The notes below the pieces were generated by a model. The model worked only from the letters and a program-made list of their open reading frames with translations. It did no database searches and was not told the DNA's origin. DNA of 64,000 nucleotides from contig CBDIIB010000004.1 of the NCBI GenBank assembly GCA_965279525.1, positions 704,001 to 768,000 of the forward strand. Direction: 5' to 3'. Positions 20,314 to 32,149 of the stretch are shown here, in pieces. A program made the translations under genes and the position numbers. Each line of letters begins with the position of its first letter. Positions within the stretch are counted from its first letter, which is position 1. Source of the stretch: Tagaea sp. (GTDB taxonomy: Bacteria; Pseudomonadota; Alphaproteobacteria; CACIAM-22H2).

Positions 20314-20328
20314 GCGCCGAACGTCCGG

Positions 20329-21993
20329 CTATTCGGTCTTTTCGACGTCGCTTTCGGCTTCGGCTTCCGGCTCGTCCTGCTTCACGTCGCCGGCTTCCTC
20401 GTCCTCGACATTCGGGGGCCCCGCCGGGAACTCGTCCTGCAGGATGATCTCCGTCTTGTCGGCATCGGGCCCGAGCGGCTTGTCGAGGTTCCACGTCACC
20501 AGCGACGGCCATGCCACCACGATGATGACCATCAGGACCTGGAGGATGACGAAGGGGATCGCGCCCATGTAGATGTCGGCGGTCTTGATCTCCTTGGGCG
20601 CCACGCTTCGCAGGTAGAAGAGCGCGAAGCCGAACGGCGGGTGCATGAACGACGTCTGCATGTTCACGCACAGGATGACGCCGAACCAGATCAGGGCGGC
20701 GTCCGGACCGACCATCGGCGCCAGCAGCTTCTGCGCGACCGGGGCCAGCATCGGCACGATGATGAAGGCGATCTCGAAGAAGTCGAGGAAGAACGCCAGG
20801 AAGAAGACGAACACGTTGATGAATGCGAGGAAGCCCCAGGCGCCGCCGGGCAGCGAGCTCAGCAGGTGTTCGATCCAGCGGTTCCCGTCCACGCCCTGGA
20901 AGACGATCGAGAACACTGTCGAGCCGATCAGGATGAACACGACCATCGCGGTGATGCGCATCGTGTTCTGGTAGGCCTGCACGATGAGGCCGCGCAGGTC
21001 GGGGATCATGGCGGCGCGCACGCACAGCCAGACGACCCCGAGATACATGACGCCGATCGCGATGCGGAACGGCACCGACTTGAACGCGTAGAGGCCGATC
21101 ACGACGCCGATGCCGGCGGCGATCAGCCCGACCGCGAACGCGATGGAACCGGTCCGCCCCAGATCCTTGTGATGCAGCACGGCGAGGACCACGGCACCCA
21201 CCGCCCCCATCGCCCCGGCTTCCGTCGGCGTGGCGAGGCCCATCATCATCGTGCCGAGCACGAGGAAGATCAGCACGGCGGACGGGATGATGCCGGCAAG
21301 GCAGCGGCGGATCAGGGCCGCGCGCGATTCGGTCAGGTCGGATTTCGGGATCGCGGGAAGCGCTTCGGGCCGGATGCGCGACAGCAGGAACGTATAGGCC
21401 GCGAACAGGGTCACCTGCATAAGCGACGGGCCCCAGGCGCCGAGATACATGTCGCCGACCGACTTGCCGAGCTGGTCGGCGAGGACGATCAGCACGAGCG
21501 ACGGCGGGACGAGCTGCGTGATCGTGCCCGATGCCGCCAGCACGCCGGTCGCGTACCGGATGTCGTACTTGTAGCGCATCATCACGGGCAGCGAGATCAG
21601 GGCCATCGCGATGACCTGTGCGGCCACCGTGCCGGTGATGGCGCCGAGGATGAAGCCGACGATGATGACCGAATAGCCGAGGCCGCCGCGGATCGTGCCG
21701 AACAGCCGGCCCATGGAATCCAGCATGTCCTCGGCAAGCCCGCAGCGCTCGAGGATCGTGCCCATGAACGTGAAGAACGGGATGGCGAGCAGCAGGTCGT
21801 TGGCAAGGATGCTGCCGAACATCCGTAGCGGGATGTTCTGCAGGAAGTTGACCGTGAAGAACCCGAGCTCGATCGAAACGAAACCGAAGAACAGGCCGGC
21901 CGCCATCAGCGAGAACGCGACGGGATAGCCGATGATCATGAAAACGACGAGGCCGCCGAACATCAGCGGCGGCATCCACTCCAACGGGATCAT
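20329..21993 (-). CDS. dctM: TRAP transporter large permease
   Basis: LLAIPFFTFMG, ASGTITQLVPPS, ATPTEAGAMG, QTSFMHPPFGFALFYLR. Confidence 0.93.
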   Translation of the reverse strand: MIPLEWMPPLMFGGLVVFMIIGYPVAFSLMAAGLFFGFVSIELGFFTVNFLQNIPLRMFGSILANDLLLAIPFFTFMGTILERCGLAEDMLDSMGRLFGTIRGGLGYSVIIVGFILGAITGTVAAQVIAMALISLPVMMRYKYDIRYATGVLAASGTITQLVPPSLVLIVLADQLGKSVGDMYLGAWGPSLMQVTLFAAYTFLLSRIRPEALPAIPKSDLTESRAALIRRCLAGIIPSAVLIFLVLGTMMMGLATPTEAGAMGAVGAVVLAVLHHKDLGRTGSIAFAVGLIAAGIGVVIGLYAFKSVPFRIAIGVMYLGVVWLCVRAAMIPDLRGLIVQAYQNTMRITAMVVFILIGSTVFSIVFQGVDGNRWIEHLLSSLPGGAWGFLAFINVFVFFLAFFLDFFEIAFIIVPMLAPVAQKLLAPMVGPDAALIWFGVILCVNMQTSFMHPPFGFALFYLRSVAPKEIKTADIYMGAIPFVILQVLMVIIVVAWPSLVTWNLDKPLGPDADKTEIILQDEFPAGPPNVEDEEAGDVKQDEPEAEAESDVEKTE

Positions 21994-22529
21994 TGCTGCG
22001 GCCTCTCGTACTTCGCGTCGACGACGGTGTAGCCGAGCAGGGCCGCGACCCGCTTGATGATTTCCGAAACGCCCTGCAGCGACAGCAGCAGCAGGCCCAG
22101 CGGCAGCAGCAGCTTGACCGGCCAGCGCAGCAGGCCGCCCGCGTTGTTGGAGGCTTCGTTGATCAGGTACGACTGGTAGAAGAACGGCCAGGACAGCCAC
22201 GTGAACAGGATGCAGCCCGGCAGCAGGAATAACAGGCCGCCGAGCACGTCGACCCAGAGCTGCTGGCGTTCGCTGAGCTGCATGTAGACGATGTCGACAC
22301 GCACATGCTCGTTCCTCTGCAGCGTGTACGCCGCACCGAACATGACGACGATCGAGAACATGTACCACTGCACCTCGAGCCACGCGTTCGACGTGATGTC
22401 GAAGGCGTAGCGCGACATGGCATTGCCCGCGCTGACGATGCAGGCAAGCATCACCATCACGTTCGCCAAATTACCGAGCTTGCCGTTCACCCAATCGATG
22501 AACTGGCTGAATCGCAAAAGTACCAGCAC
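21990..22529 (-). CDS. dctQ: TRAP transporter small permease
   Basis: SNAWLEVQWY, HVRVDIVY, 4 TM; GGAGG RBS before GTG 22529 (start approximate). Confidence 0.9.
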   Translation of the reverse strand: MLVLLRFSQFIDWVNGKLGNLANVMVMLACIVSAGNAMSRYAFDITSNAWLEVQWYMFSIVVMFGAAYTLQRNEHVRVDIVYMQLSERQQLWVDVLGGLLFLLPGCILFTWLSWPFFYQSYLINEASNNAGGLLRWPVKLLLPLGLLLLSLQGVSEIIKRVAALLGYTVVDAKYERPQQ

Positions 22530-22652
22530 CTGAACAACCTCCCGCCCGATGTTTTGCACACCGTGGTCGCGCCCTTATGGCACGGACGTCCGGGCAAGTC
22601 CAAGGGACAAGAAGCGGATTTATGCCCTGTTTACGGGGTCTTCGGGCCGGTC

Positions 22653-23243
22653 TCAGACGTGGTTAACGGCCATACGGCGCGATGCCGCAACAAGCGCCGT
22701 CGCCAGTGCCGCCTTGACGACCGCACCTGCGACAAATGGCGTCAGCCCGAAGGCGATCGCCTTGTCGAAGCCGACGAACGTCGCCAGCCAGGCCACGCCG
22801 GGGACGAACAGCAGGACCGATCCGATGGCCATCGCCGCGGCCGTGCCGGCAAGCGTGCGGCCCCAGCCGCGCTCGGCCAGGTGGCCCAGCAGGGCGGCAA
22901 CGAGCATGAATCCGACGAGGAACCCGCCCGTGGTGCCCATCATATAGGCAAGCCCGATGCCCTTTTCCGGCGTGCCGGCGAAAACCGGCAGGCCCATCGC
23001 ACCCTGGAACAGGTAGAGCGCCACGGTTGCCGCCCCGAGGCGGGCGCCATAGGCAAAGCCGATGAACAGGATCACGCAGGACTGCATGGTCATCGGGACC
23101 GGCCACATCGGCACCTGCGCCTTGGCCGACGCCCACAGCAGCCCGGACCCGACGACCGCGAGGATTGCCGCCCGCGCGAACGTGCGCGTTTCGGACGGCC
23201 ACAGGAGATCGACGAGTGTGGGGTGACGGACGGCAACGGTCAT
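22653..23243 (-). CDS. bioY: biotin transporter BioY
   Basis: PVPMTMQS, GAMGLPVFA, GTTGGFLVGF. Confidence 0.92.
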   Translation of the reverse strand: MTVAVRHPTLVDLLWPSETRTFARAAILAVVGSGLLWASAKAQVPMWPVPMTMQSCVILFIGFAYGARLGAATVALYLFQGAMGLPVFAGTPEKGIGLAYMMGTTGGFLVGFMLVAALLGHLAERGWGRTLAGTAAAMAIGSVLLFVPGVAWLATFVGFDKAIAFGLTPFVAGAVVKAALATALVAASRRMAVNHV

Positions 23244-23302
23244 GGCGAAACTCTCCGCAAGATTGAGGCCTAGGCTTAGCCGCCCGCCGGGCGGCGTGCA
23301 AG

Positions 23303-25519
<2,217 letters not shown>

Positions 25520-25548
25520 CGTTTTGGGTCTACTCCGGCAAGGGCGGC

Positions 25549-26268
25549 TTACAGCGTTCTGCGCCACCGCTCATAGAGCCGGACTCGGGCGCCCGGCAAG
25601 TCCCGTCCGTTGGGTGCCAGCGCGTAGCGCGTCAGGAAATGTGCTGCGATTTCAAGTCCTTGGACAAGTTCCGCCGGACTTGCCGTCCCGTCCCCGGTCA
25701 GGAAATCGGGAAGTGCGAAGAGTTTGGCGGCGAACGGTGCCCCGGCCTCGCCCGACACGGCCCGCCCGGTCTTGGGGCTGACATAGCGAAGGTCGGCCCG
25801 GCTGCCCGTTGCCGCACAGCTCTCGAGGTCGAGACCGAAGCCGAGCTCGGACAGGCACCGGCACTCCCAGCGCACATAGTCGGCCTGCCAGTCTTCGCGC
25901 GATAGCGCTTCGACGAGGCCGAGCGTGGCCACGTAAAGCGGCTCGTGCGCCTCGCGCTCCGGCAGCACCGCATCGAGCAGGCCGGCGGCCGAGGAAAGCG
26001 CGTCGAGCTTGTCGGCATCGTCGAGCATCATGGCGCCGACCGCGCGGGCCGGCTCGCAAGTGTAGTTGCCCAGATGCTCGGGCAGGCGTGCCCGCCACGT
26101 CGCCGTCACGACATTGCCGAGCCCGTAGACGGCCGCCGATTTCCCGTGCCCGCCGCCACGCGCCAACCCCAGATGCCGGCCATGTTCGCGCGTGAACAGC
26201 GTGACGACCGCCGCATGCTCGCCATGCGGCCGCCGTCCCAGGACGATTCCCTCGTCGCGCCATTCCAT
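25549..26268 (-). CDS. recO: DNA repair protein RecO
   Basis: [45 protein letters not shown]. Confidence 0.95.
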   Translation of the reverse strand: MEWRDEGIVLGRRPHGEHAAVVTLFTREHGRHLGLARGGGHGKSAAVYGLGNVVTATWRARLPEHLGNYTCEPARAVGAMMLDDADKLDALSSAAGLLDAVLPEREAHEPLYVATLGLVEALSREDWQADYVRWECRCLSELGFGLDLESCAATGSRADLRYVSPKTGRAVSGEAGAPFAAKLFALPDFLTGDGTASPAELVQGLEIAAHFLTRYALAPNGRDLPGARVRLYERWRRTL

Positions 26269-26323
26269 GCCCGATACATGGGCCGATTCGAGGGGGAGGG
26301 AAAGCGCGCGATGCCCGCCGGTC

Positions 26324-26503
26324 TCAGGCGGGCGGGATCGTGTGGACCGTGAAGACGCCGAAGAACCACAGGACCAGCAGGACGAGCACGATCGTGCCGA
26401 GCACGCTACCCGATCCGGAGCTGCCGTAACGGCCGTGCGCGTAGTAGCCGCCGCCGCCGCCGAGCAGCAGGATCAAAACGACGATAAGCAGGATCGTACC
26501 CAT
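26324..26503 (-). CDS. small membrane protein, DUF3309-like (59 aa, not in the ORF track)
   Basis: Own translation MGTILLIVVLILLLGGGGYYAHGRYGSSGSGSVLGTIVLVLLVLWFFGVFTVHTIPPA; GAGG RBS; two TM segments around a Gly/Tyr loop. Confidence 0.8.
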   Translation of the reverse strand: MGTILLIVVLILLLGGGGGYYAHGRYGSSGSGSVLGTIVLVLLVLWFFGVFTVHTIPPA

Positions 26504-26660
26504 GTGTGGCCTCGGATTCTTGAAAACGGAGCGGGCGCCGGACCGGCGCCCTTCTGGACGAGAATGGGTGCCCCTCCCCCCCTTTCGATAGCCTCGGAAT
26601 GTACTCAGCCTCCGGTGGGGGCGATTTGCAAAATGCCCGCACTTCCGCTACCCCGTCGCG

Positions 26661-27824
26661 ATGCGCAAGGACATCTCCCTGCAGGCCGTCACGATGGGCC
26701 TGATCACCGCCTTCGTCGGCTGGGCCAGTTCGTTCACGGTCGTCATCCAGGGGCTCGTCGGCGTGGGCGCCACGCAGGCGCAGGCGGCGTCCGGCCTGTT
26801 CGCCGCCTCCCTCGCGATGGGGGCGGCAGGCGTGTGGACGAGCCTTCGTTCGCGCCAGCCCATCTCGATCGCATGGTCCACGCCGGGGGCTGCCCTGCTC
26901 GCCACGTCGGGAGCGGTCGAGGGCGGCTTTGCAGGTGCCGTCGGCGCTTTTCTCATTTGCGGCGCGCTGATCGTCGCGGCCGGATATTGGGAGCAGCTCG
27001 GCCGATGGGTCGCCGCACTCCCCGCCTCGCTCGCCAACGCGATGCTGGCGGGCGTGCTGCTCGGCCTGTGCCTTGCCCCGGTCAAGGCGGTGGCGCAGAT
27101 GCCGGCCTACGGATTGGCGATCGTCGTCACATGGGCGATCGTCGCGCGCGTGAAGCGGCTGCTCGCGATCCCGGCAACCGTGCTCGTCACGCTCGCGGTC
27201 ATCGCCTATGCCGCCGACGGAACGGCCGGCGCACCGGTCACGCTATGGACGCCGCCTGCCTTCGTGATGCCGGAATTCAGCCTGTCGGCCGCGATCGGCA
27301 TCGCGCTGCCGCTGTTCGTCGTGACGATGGCCTCGCAGAACATCCCCGGCTTCGCGGTGCTTAAAGTGAACGGCTACAACCCGCCGGCGGGACCGATCTT
27401 CAGGCTCACGGGCCTGTTCAGCATCCTGGGTGCGCCCTTTGGCGGGCATGCCGTGAACCTGTCGGCGATCACGGCGGCCCTGTGCGCCGGCCCGGACGCG
27501 CACCCCGATCCCGCGCGCCGCTACTGGGCGGCCGCGGCGTGCGGGGCCGGCTATATGGCATTCGCGCTCATTGCCGGGGCCGCGACTGCGTTCATCGCCG
27601 CCTCGCCGCCGATCCTGATCCAGGCGGTCGCAGGCCTCGCACTTCTTGGCGCGCTGGGCGGAGCACTTCTGGGTGCCATGAAGGACGAGGCCGACCGCGA
27701 GGCCGCCCTCGTCACGTTTCTCGTCACGGCATCGGGGCTGACGTTCTTCGGCATCAGCGGCGCGTTCTGGGGTCTTGTCGCGGGCGGCGCCATCCGCGCG
27801 CTGACGCGCTGGCGCAAAGCCTAG
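26661..27824 (+). CDS. benE: benzoate/H+ symporter BenE family
   Basis: PISIAWSTPGAALL, VTMASQNIPG, NLSAITAALC, TFLVTASG. Confidence 0.92.
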   Translation: MRKDISLQAVTMGLITAFVGWASSFTVVIQGLVGVGATQAQAASGLFAASLAMGAAGVWTSLRSRQPISIAWSTPGAALLATSGAVEGGFAGAVGAFLICGALIVAAGYWEQLGRWVAALPASLANAMLAGVLLGLCLAPVKAVAQMPAYGLAIVVTWAIVARVKRLLAIPATVLVTLAVIAYAADGTAGAPVTLWTPPAFVMPEFSLSAAIGIALPLFVVTMASQNIPGFAVLKVNGYNPPAGPIFRLTGLFSILGAPFGGHAVNLSAITAALCAGPDAHPDPARRYWAAAACGAGYMAFALIAGAATAFIAASPPILIQAVAGLALLGALGGALLGAMKDEADREAALVTFLVTASGLTFFGISGAFWGLVAGGAIRALTRWRKA

Positions 27825-27827
27825 TCG

Positions 27828-28628
27828 CTATTTGCAGCGCACGAAGCGCACGCCGGCGAGCCGGCGTGCGGCGGCCTGCACCTCGGGATCGGACGCCGAA
27901 ACCGAAACAAGCTGCAGCGAGCCGGTCTCTTCGGTCAGACGGAATGTCTGCGCGACGCGCACGCCGCCATCCGAATATTCGACATTGAGCGTCCATGTAT
28001 TCGGATTGTCGTAATGCGCGTTGTAGGTGCGGATGCGCCCGGCGGCGGCGAAATCGAACTGCGCGCGCTTGAACTCGATGCGGCTCGACTCGCAGCCGTC
28101 GGTCGCGTTCATCGGCCGCCATGCGCCCGCGAAGCTCGCCGGCGGGCCGGACAGGAGCTGGCGCCCGAGCGCTTCGACATCGAACGCCGCCGGTAGCTTC
28201 TTCAAGCCCACCCAGGCGAGTGCGATGGCAAGTGCCGCCGCCGTCGTCCCGGCGATCCGCACGACGAGCCGCCGCTTGCGACGGGCCTGCGCATGCTTGA
28301 CGGCAGCCGCGTGGAACTCGACGAGCGTCTGGGATTCGAAGTTGCGAACGTTCTCGAGAAGCTTGCCTTCGGTTTCCTTCAGGCTGCCCACGAAGATCGG
28401 CAGGAGCGCGCTGTGGCCGTCCTCGATGGCGTTTGCCGACAGGTCGATCATGAATTTCTCGGCGATCTTGCCCATCAGCTCGCCGTCGACCGCCGAACGC
28501 AGCTTGGAACCCGTCGACAGGATCCAGCTCGCGGCTTCCTCGGGCGAGGCGAACCGGCGAAGGGCCAGCTCTTCGCCGCCCACGCGGATGGCGACCCGGC
28601 ACGCGACGAGCTGTTTGGATTCGGGCAT
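27828..28628 (-). CDS. hypothetical single-pass membrane protein
   Basis: 266-aa ORF; basic stretch ARRKRR followed by one TM, then a C-terminal domain with two Cys; no family recognised. Confidence 0.65.
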   Translation of the reverse strand: MPESKQLVACRVAIRVGGEELALRRFASPEEAASWILSTGSKLRSAVDGELMGKIAEKFMIDLSANAIEDGHSALLPIFVGSLKETEGKLLENVRNFESQTLVEFHAAAVKHAQARRKRRLVVRIAGTTAAALAIALAWVGLKKLPAAFDVEALGRQLLSGPPASFAGAWRPMNATDGCESSRIEFKRAQFDFAAAGRIRTYNAHYDNPNTWTLNVEYSDGGVRVAQTFRLTEETGSLQLVSVSASDPEVQAAARRLAGVRFVRCK

Positions 28629-28685
28629 GGAACGATCCTAAGCCAGGTCGCGCGCGACGGCACCTCGAAACAAGGCCGGCAGCCG

Positions 28686-29468
28686 CTAGCCGCGGCGCCC
28701 GTAGGCGGCCCAGTAGCTCAGCGCCACGCCGCCGGCACCGCCGACGACATTGCCCGCCGTCACCAGCGCCAGATTGTGCGCGACGTCACCGATCCCGCCG
28801 GCCGCCCCCGCCAGGATCCCGAGCGGCAGGATGAACATGTTGGCGATGCTGTGCTCGAAGCCGAGCGCCACGAACGCCGCGATCGGCCAGACGATGGCGA
28901 ACACCTTGCCGGCGACGTCGCGCGCGGCAAAGCTCAGCCACACGGCAAGGCAGACAAGCGCGTTGCACAGGACCGCGCGCGTCAGCAGTTCGACTGGCCC
29001 GAGCGCCAACTTGGCCGTCGCCAGCCGTGCTGCCGTCCGGCCGAATTCGCCGGCGGTCAGGCCCGCAAGATGTGCCAGCACGACCATGCCGAGCGCGCCC
29101 GCGAAGTTGGCGAAGAAGACGATCGTCCAGTTGCGCAGCATGGCCCGCCCGCCGACGCGCCCGTCGACCCAGGCCATTACCAGCAACGCGTTGCCGGTGA
29201 ACAGTTCGGCGCCCCCGACGACGACAAGGATGAGCCCGAGCGAGAACGCGAGGCCGGCGAGCAGGCGGGTGGGCCCGTGGCCGGCATCGGCCCCTGTCAG
29301 GACCGCGATGGAGAAAAGTGCGCCAAACGCGATGAAGGCGCCGGCAAGCAGGCCGAGTGCGACCAGCGGAACCGTCGGAAGCGATGCCTTGGTGCGGGCG
29401 GCTTCCTCGATGCGGTGCGCGATCTCGGCGGGGCGGTAGGCGTCGATGCCTGTGGGGTCCGGCCGCAC
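28686..29468 (-). CDS. formate/nitrite transporter (FNT) family
   Basis: GAELFTGN, CNALVCLAVW, FEHSIANM, GNVVGG; start approximate (GTG 29468). Confidence 0.92.
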   Translation of the reverse strand: MRPDPTGIDAYRPAEIAHRIEEAARTKASLPTVPLVALGLLAGAFIAFGALFSIAVLTGADAGHGPTRLLAGLAFSLGLILVVVGGAELFTGNALLVMAWVDGRVGGRAMLRNWTIVFFANFAGALGMVVLAHLAGLTAGEFGRTAARLATAKLALGPVELLTRAVLCNALVCLAVWLSFAARDVAGKVFAIVWPIAAFVALGFEHSIANMFILPLGILAGAAGGIGDVAHNLALVTAGNVVGGAGGVALSYWAAYGRRG

Positions 29469-29479
29469 GGGAGCGCGCG

Positions 29480-30373
29480 TCAGTGGCGCGACTGGATCTG
29501 GCGGCCGGCCGCTGCGAGCGAGTCGAGGAACGCGCTTGCCGCCGGCGACAGACCGTTGCGGCTGCTGACCGCGCACAGGCGCCGGCGTGCCGGCGGATCG
29601 AGCGGGATCGCGGCAAGGCGCCGTTCGCCCGACGGTACGATCAGTTCGGGCACGATCGACACGCCCACGCCCTCGCGCACCATCGCGAGCAGGGCCGCGG
29701 GATCGCGCACCGAGAACGCAATCTTCGGCGACACGCCCTGGCGCGTGAAGATCGCGCGCACGTCGGCTTCGGAGCCGGCATTGGGCATCACGAAGCTTTC
29801 CTCGGCGAGTTCGCCGGGGCTCACTTCCTTGCGCTGCGCCAGGCGATGGCGCTTGGGCATGATCGCGAGGAAATCGTCTTCGGCGACCGGGATCGCGTCG
29901 TAGTCCTTGGGCAATTCCGCAGTCAGGCCGATGTCGACGGCACCGCCGGTCACCCAGTCGCGGACCTCGTTGTCGGTTCCCTCGATCAGCACGACCTCGA
30001 TGCCCGGATAGCGCGCGCCGAAATTCTTGACGATCGGCGGCAGCAGGCGCGTGGCCGCACTCGCCACGCTGCCCACGCGCACGCGGCCCGACTGCAGCCC
30101 GGTCAGCGCCTGCGCGCGATGGCGCACGCGTTCGATCGCCTCAAGTGCGGAACGCGCATCGCTCTGGATCGCCGCACCGGCGGCGGTGGGTGCCACACGC
30201 CCGCGATTGCGCAGCAGCAGGACGACACCGAGCGATTCCTCGAGGGCCGCGACGGCCTGACTGACGCCGGACTGCGTCAAACCCAGCTTGTGCGCTGCAG
30301 CCGTAAAACCGCCCTCTTCCAGGACGGAAAGGAAGGCGCGCAACTGGCCGACATTGATGCTTGCGGAGCTCAT
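29480..30373 (-). CDS. LysR family transcriptional regulator
   Basis: GFTAAAHKLGLTQSGVSQAVAALEESLG HTH plus substrate-binding domain. Confidence 0.93.
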   Translation of the reverse strand: MSSASINVGQLRAFLSVLEEGGFTAAAHKLGLTQSGVSQAVAALEESLGVVLLLRNRGRVAPTAAGAAIQSDARSALEAIERVRHRAQALTGLQSGRVRVGSVASAATRLLPPIVKNFGARYPGIEVVLIEGTDNEVRDWVTGGAVDIGLTAELPKDYDAIPVAEDDFLAIMPKRHRLAQRKEVSPGELAEESFVMPNAGSEADVRAIFTRQGVSPKIAFSVRDPAALLAMVREGVGVSIVPELIVPSGERRLAAIPLDPPARRRLCAVSSRNGLSPAASAFLDSLAAAGRQIQSRH

Positions 30374-30481
30374 CGGCTATCAGCGTTCCTCATGCGAGTC
30401 ATACATAGAATGGCATTTACTTATACCCGGGAAGGCAACTAGCGTCGAGCCTCGCTCCCCAACGGAATTAGCGGCGACTGA

Positions 30482-31405
30482 ATGTCCAATGTTCGCAATA
30501 CCATAGTAGGTGTATCCCTCGGCGCCTTCGCGATGACGGTCTGGGCCTCGTGGATGATCGCAAACCGCTGGGGCGTCACCAGCAGCCTGTCGATCTGGGA
30601 CATCACCGCCCTGCGCCTTGCCTCGTCCGGGCTGCTGATGCTGCCCATTGCCCTGCGCCACGGGCTTGCTCCCGGCCGGATCGCACCCGGCTTCAAGGGC
30701 GTGCGGCTGCTCGTCGGCATGATCGCCGGGGCCGGGATCGTCTACCAGCTCGTCTCGATATCCGGTTTCGCCTTCGTGCCGATCAGCCACGGCTCGGTCA
30801 TGCTGCCCGGAACCATGCCGCTGTTCGTGGCGCTGTTCTCGTTCGCGATCCTGGGCGAACGCTTCGCGCCGTCGCGTCTCGTCGGCTTCGCGCTGCTGCC
30901 GCTCGGCGTCCTGTGCCTTGCATGGGTCGGCTTCATGCAAGGCGAGCCGGGCGAGTGGCGCGGACAGGCGCTGTTCGTTTTCTCGGCGTTCCTGTGGGCG
31001 ATCTATACGCTGTGCATGCGCGCGAGCGGCATGACGGCGATCGACGCCACCGCGCAGGTCTGCGTCTGGTCGGCGATCCTCTATCTGCCATTCTACGCGA
31101 TCTTCGGCGGCGACGGGATCTCGCGCACCGGCTGGGTCGAGATCGCGGTCCAGGTCGTGGTGCAGGGCGTGCTGTCCGGCGTCGTGGCGCTCGTCGCGTA
31201 TAACCGCGCGCTCCAGCTTCTCGGCGCCTCGCGCGGAGCCGCACTTTCGTGCCTGATGCCGGTGATCGGGACCCTGCTTGCGATCCCGGTGCTCGGCGAA
31301 TGGCCCGCCCCGCTCGACTGGCTGGGCGTGGCGGTCATCGGTGCGGGCGTCTATCTCGCCGCCGGCGGGCCCGTGCCGACGGCCCTGCAGCGTGCGCCGG
31401 CCTAG
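30482..31405 (+). CDS. DMT/EamA family transporter, divergent from the LysR gene
   Basis: About 10 TM segments; LAIPVLGEWP. Confidence 0.88.
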   Translation: MSNVRNTIVGVSLGAFAMTVWASWMIANRWGVTSSLSIWDITALRLASSGLLMLPIALRHGLAPGRIAPGFKGVRLLVGMIAGAGIVYQLVSISGFAFVPISHGSVMLPGTMPLFVALFSFAILGERFAPSRLVGFALLPLGVLCLAWVGFMQGEPGEWRGQALFVFSAFLWAIYTLCMRASGMTAIDATAQVCVWSAILYLPFYAIFGGDGISRTGWVEIAVQVVVQGVLSGVVALVAYNRALQLLGASRGAALSCLMPVIGTLLAIPVLGEWPAPLDWLGVAVIGAGVYLAAGGPVPTALQRAPA

Positions 31406-32028
31406 TTCAGCCGTGCGGCGAGCACCTTGATGCCGGCATACCCGAACACGCACGCGAATGTCACGTCGAACCAGCGGCGCAGGCGCGCATAGACGCGCGC
31501 GATGGCTCCGTTCGAGAAAACCAGCGCGTAGCCATGGAAGATCAGGAAAGACTGCAGGCCGACCGCGGCGATGACGCCGGCGAGCGCTTCGGCCGGCGTG
31601 CCGGCCGGAATGCCGATCGCGTAGAGCGCCACGAAGAACAGGATCGCCTTGGGATTGGTCAGGTGCAGCAGCAGGCCCTTCATGTACGTCTTGCCGAGTG
31701 TCGCTCCCGCCATCGCGGCCGTGGGTGCTTCGCCCGCCTTGAGCGCACCGCGCGCCGACTTGAACGCGAGCCAGAGCAGATAGGCCGCACCGGCATAACG
31801 CATGAACTCGAGCAGCCACGGGTTCGCCATCATCGCCGCGCCGAGACCCAGGGCCGCCCCCACCGACCAGCACAGCGAACCCGTCGTGATCCCGGCCGCA
31901 AGCGCCAGTCCGTGCCTGCGCCCTGCCACCATCGATGTGCCGGCGATGCCCAGCGTCGCGGGACCGGGGCTGGCGCTGGTGACGAAGGCGGCGACGAGTA
32001 TCGCGGACAGGTTGATGGCATCGAACAT
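31402..32028 (-). CDS. LysE/RhtB family translocator
   Basis: ASPGPA, GAAYLLWLA, LHLTNPKAILFF. Confidence 0.92.
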   Translation of the reverse strand: MFDAINLSAILVAAFVTSASPGPATLGIAGTSMVAGRRHGLALAAGITTGSLCWSVGAALGLGAAMMANPWLLEFMRYAGAAYLLWLAFKSARGALKAGEAPTAAMAGATLGKTYMKGLLLHLTNPKAILFFVALYAIGIPAGTPAEALAGVIAAVGLQSFLIFHGYALVFSNGAIARVYARLRRWFDVTFACVFGYAGIKVLAARLN

Positions 32029-32091
32029 GGGGAACTGACCTCCAGGCCCGATATTCCGAGATCGGCCCGCGCACCGTCAATCCATACAATG

Positions 32092-32120
32092 AAAAGGGCC
32101 GGTCCTCGCGGACCGGCCCT
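32092..32120 (-). terminator. intrinsic terminator after aceA
   Basis: Minus strand AGGGCCGGTCC-GCGA-GGACCGGCCCT followed by TTT. Confidence 0.8.
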
Positions 32121-32149
32121 CCCCCGCCTCCCCCATTTTTCTTCTTGAT

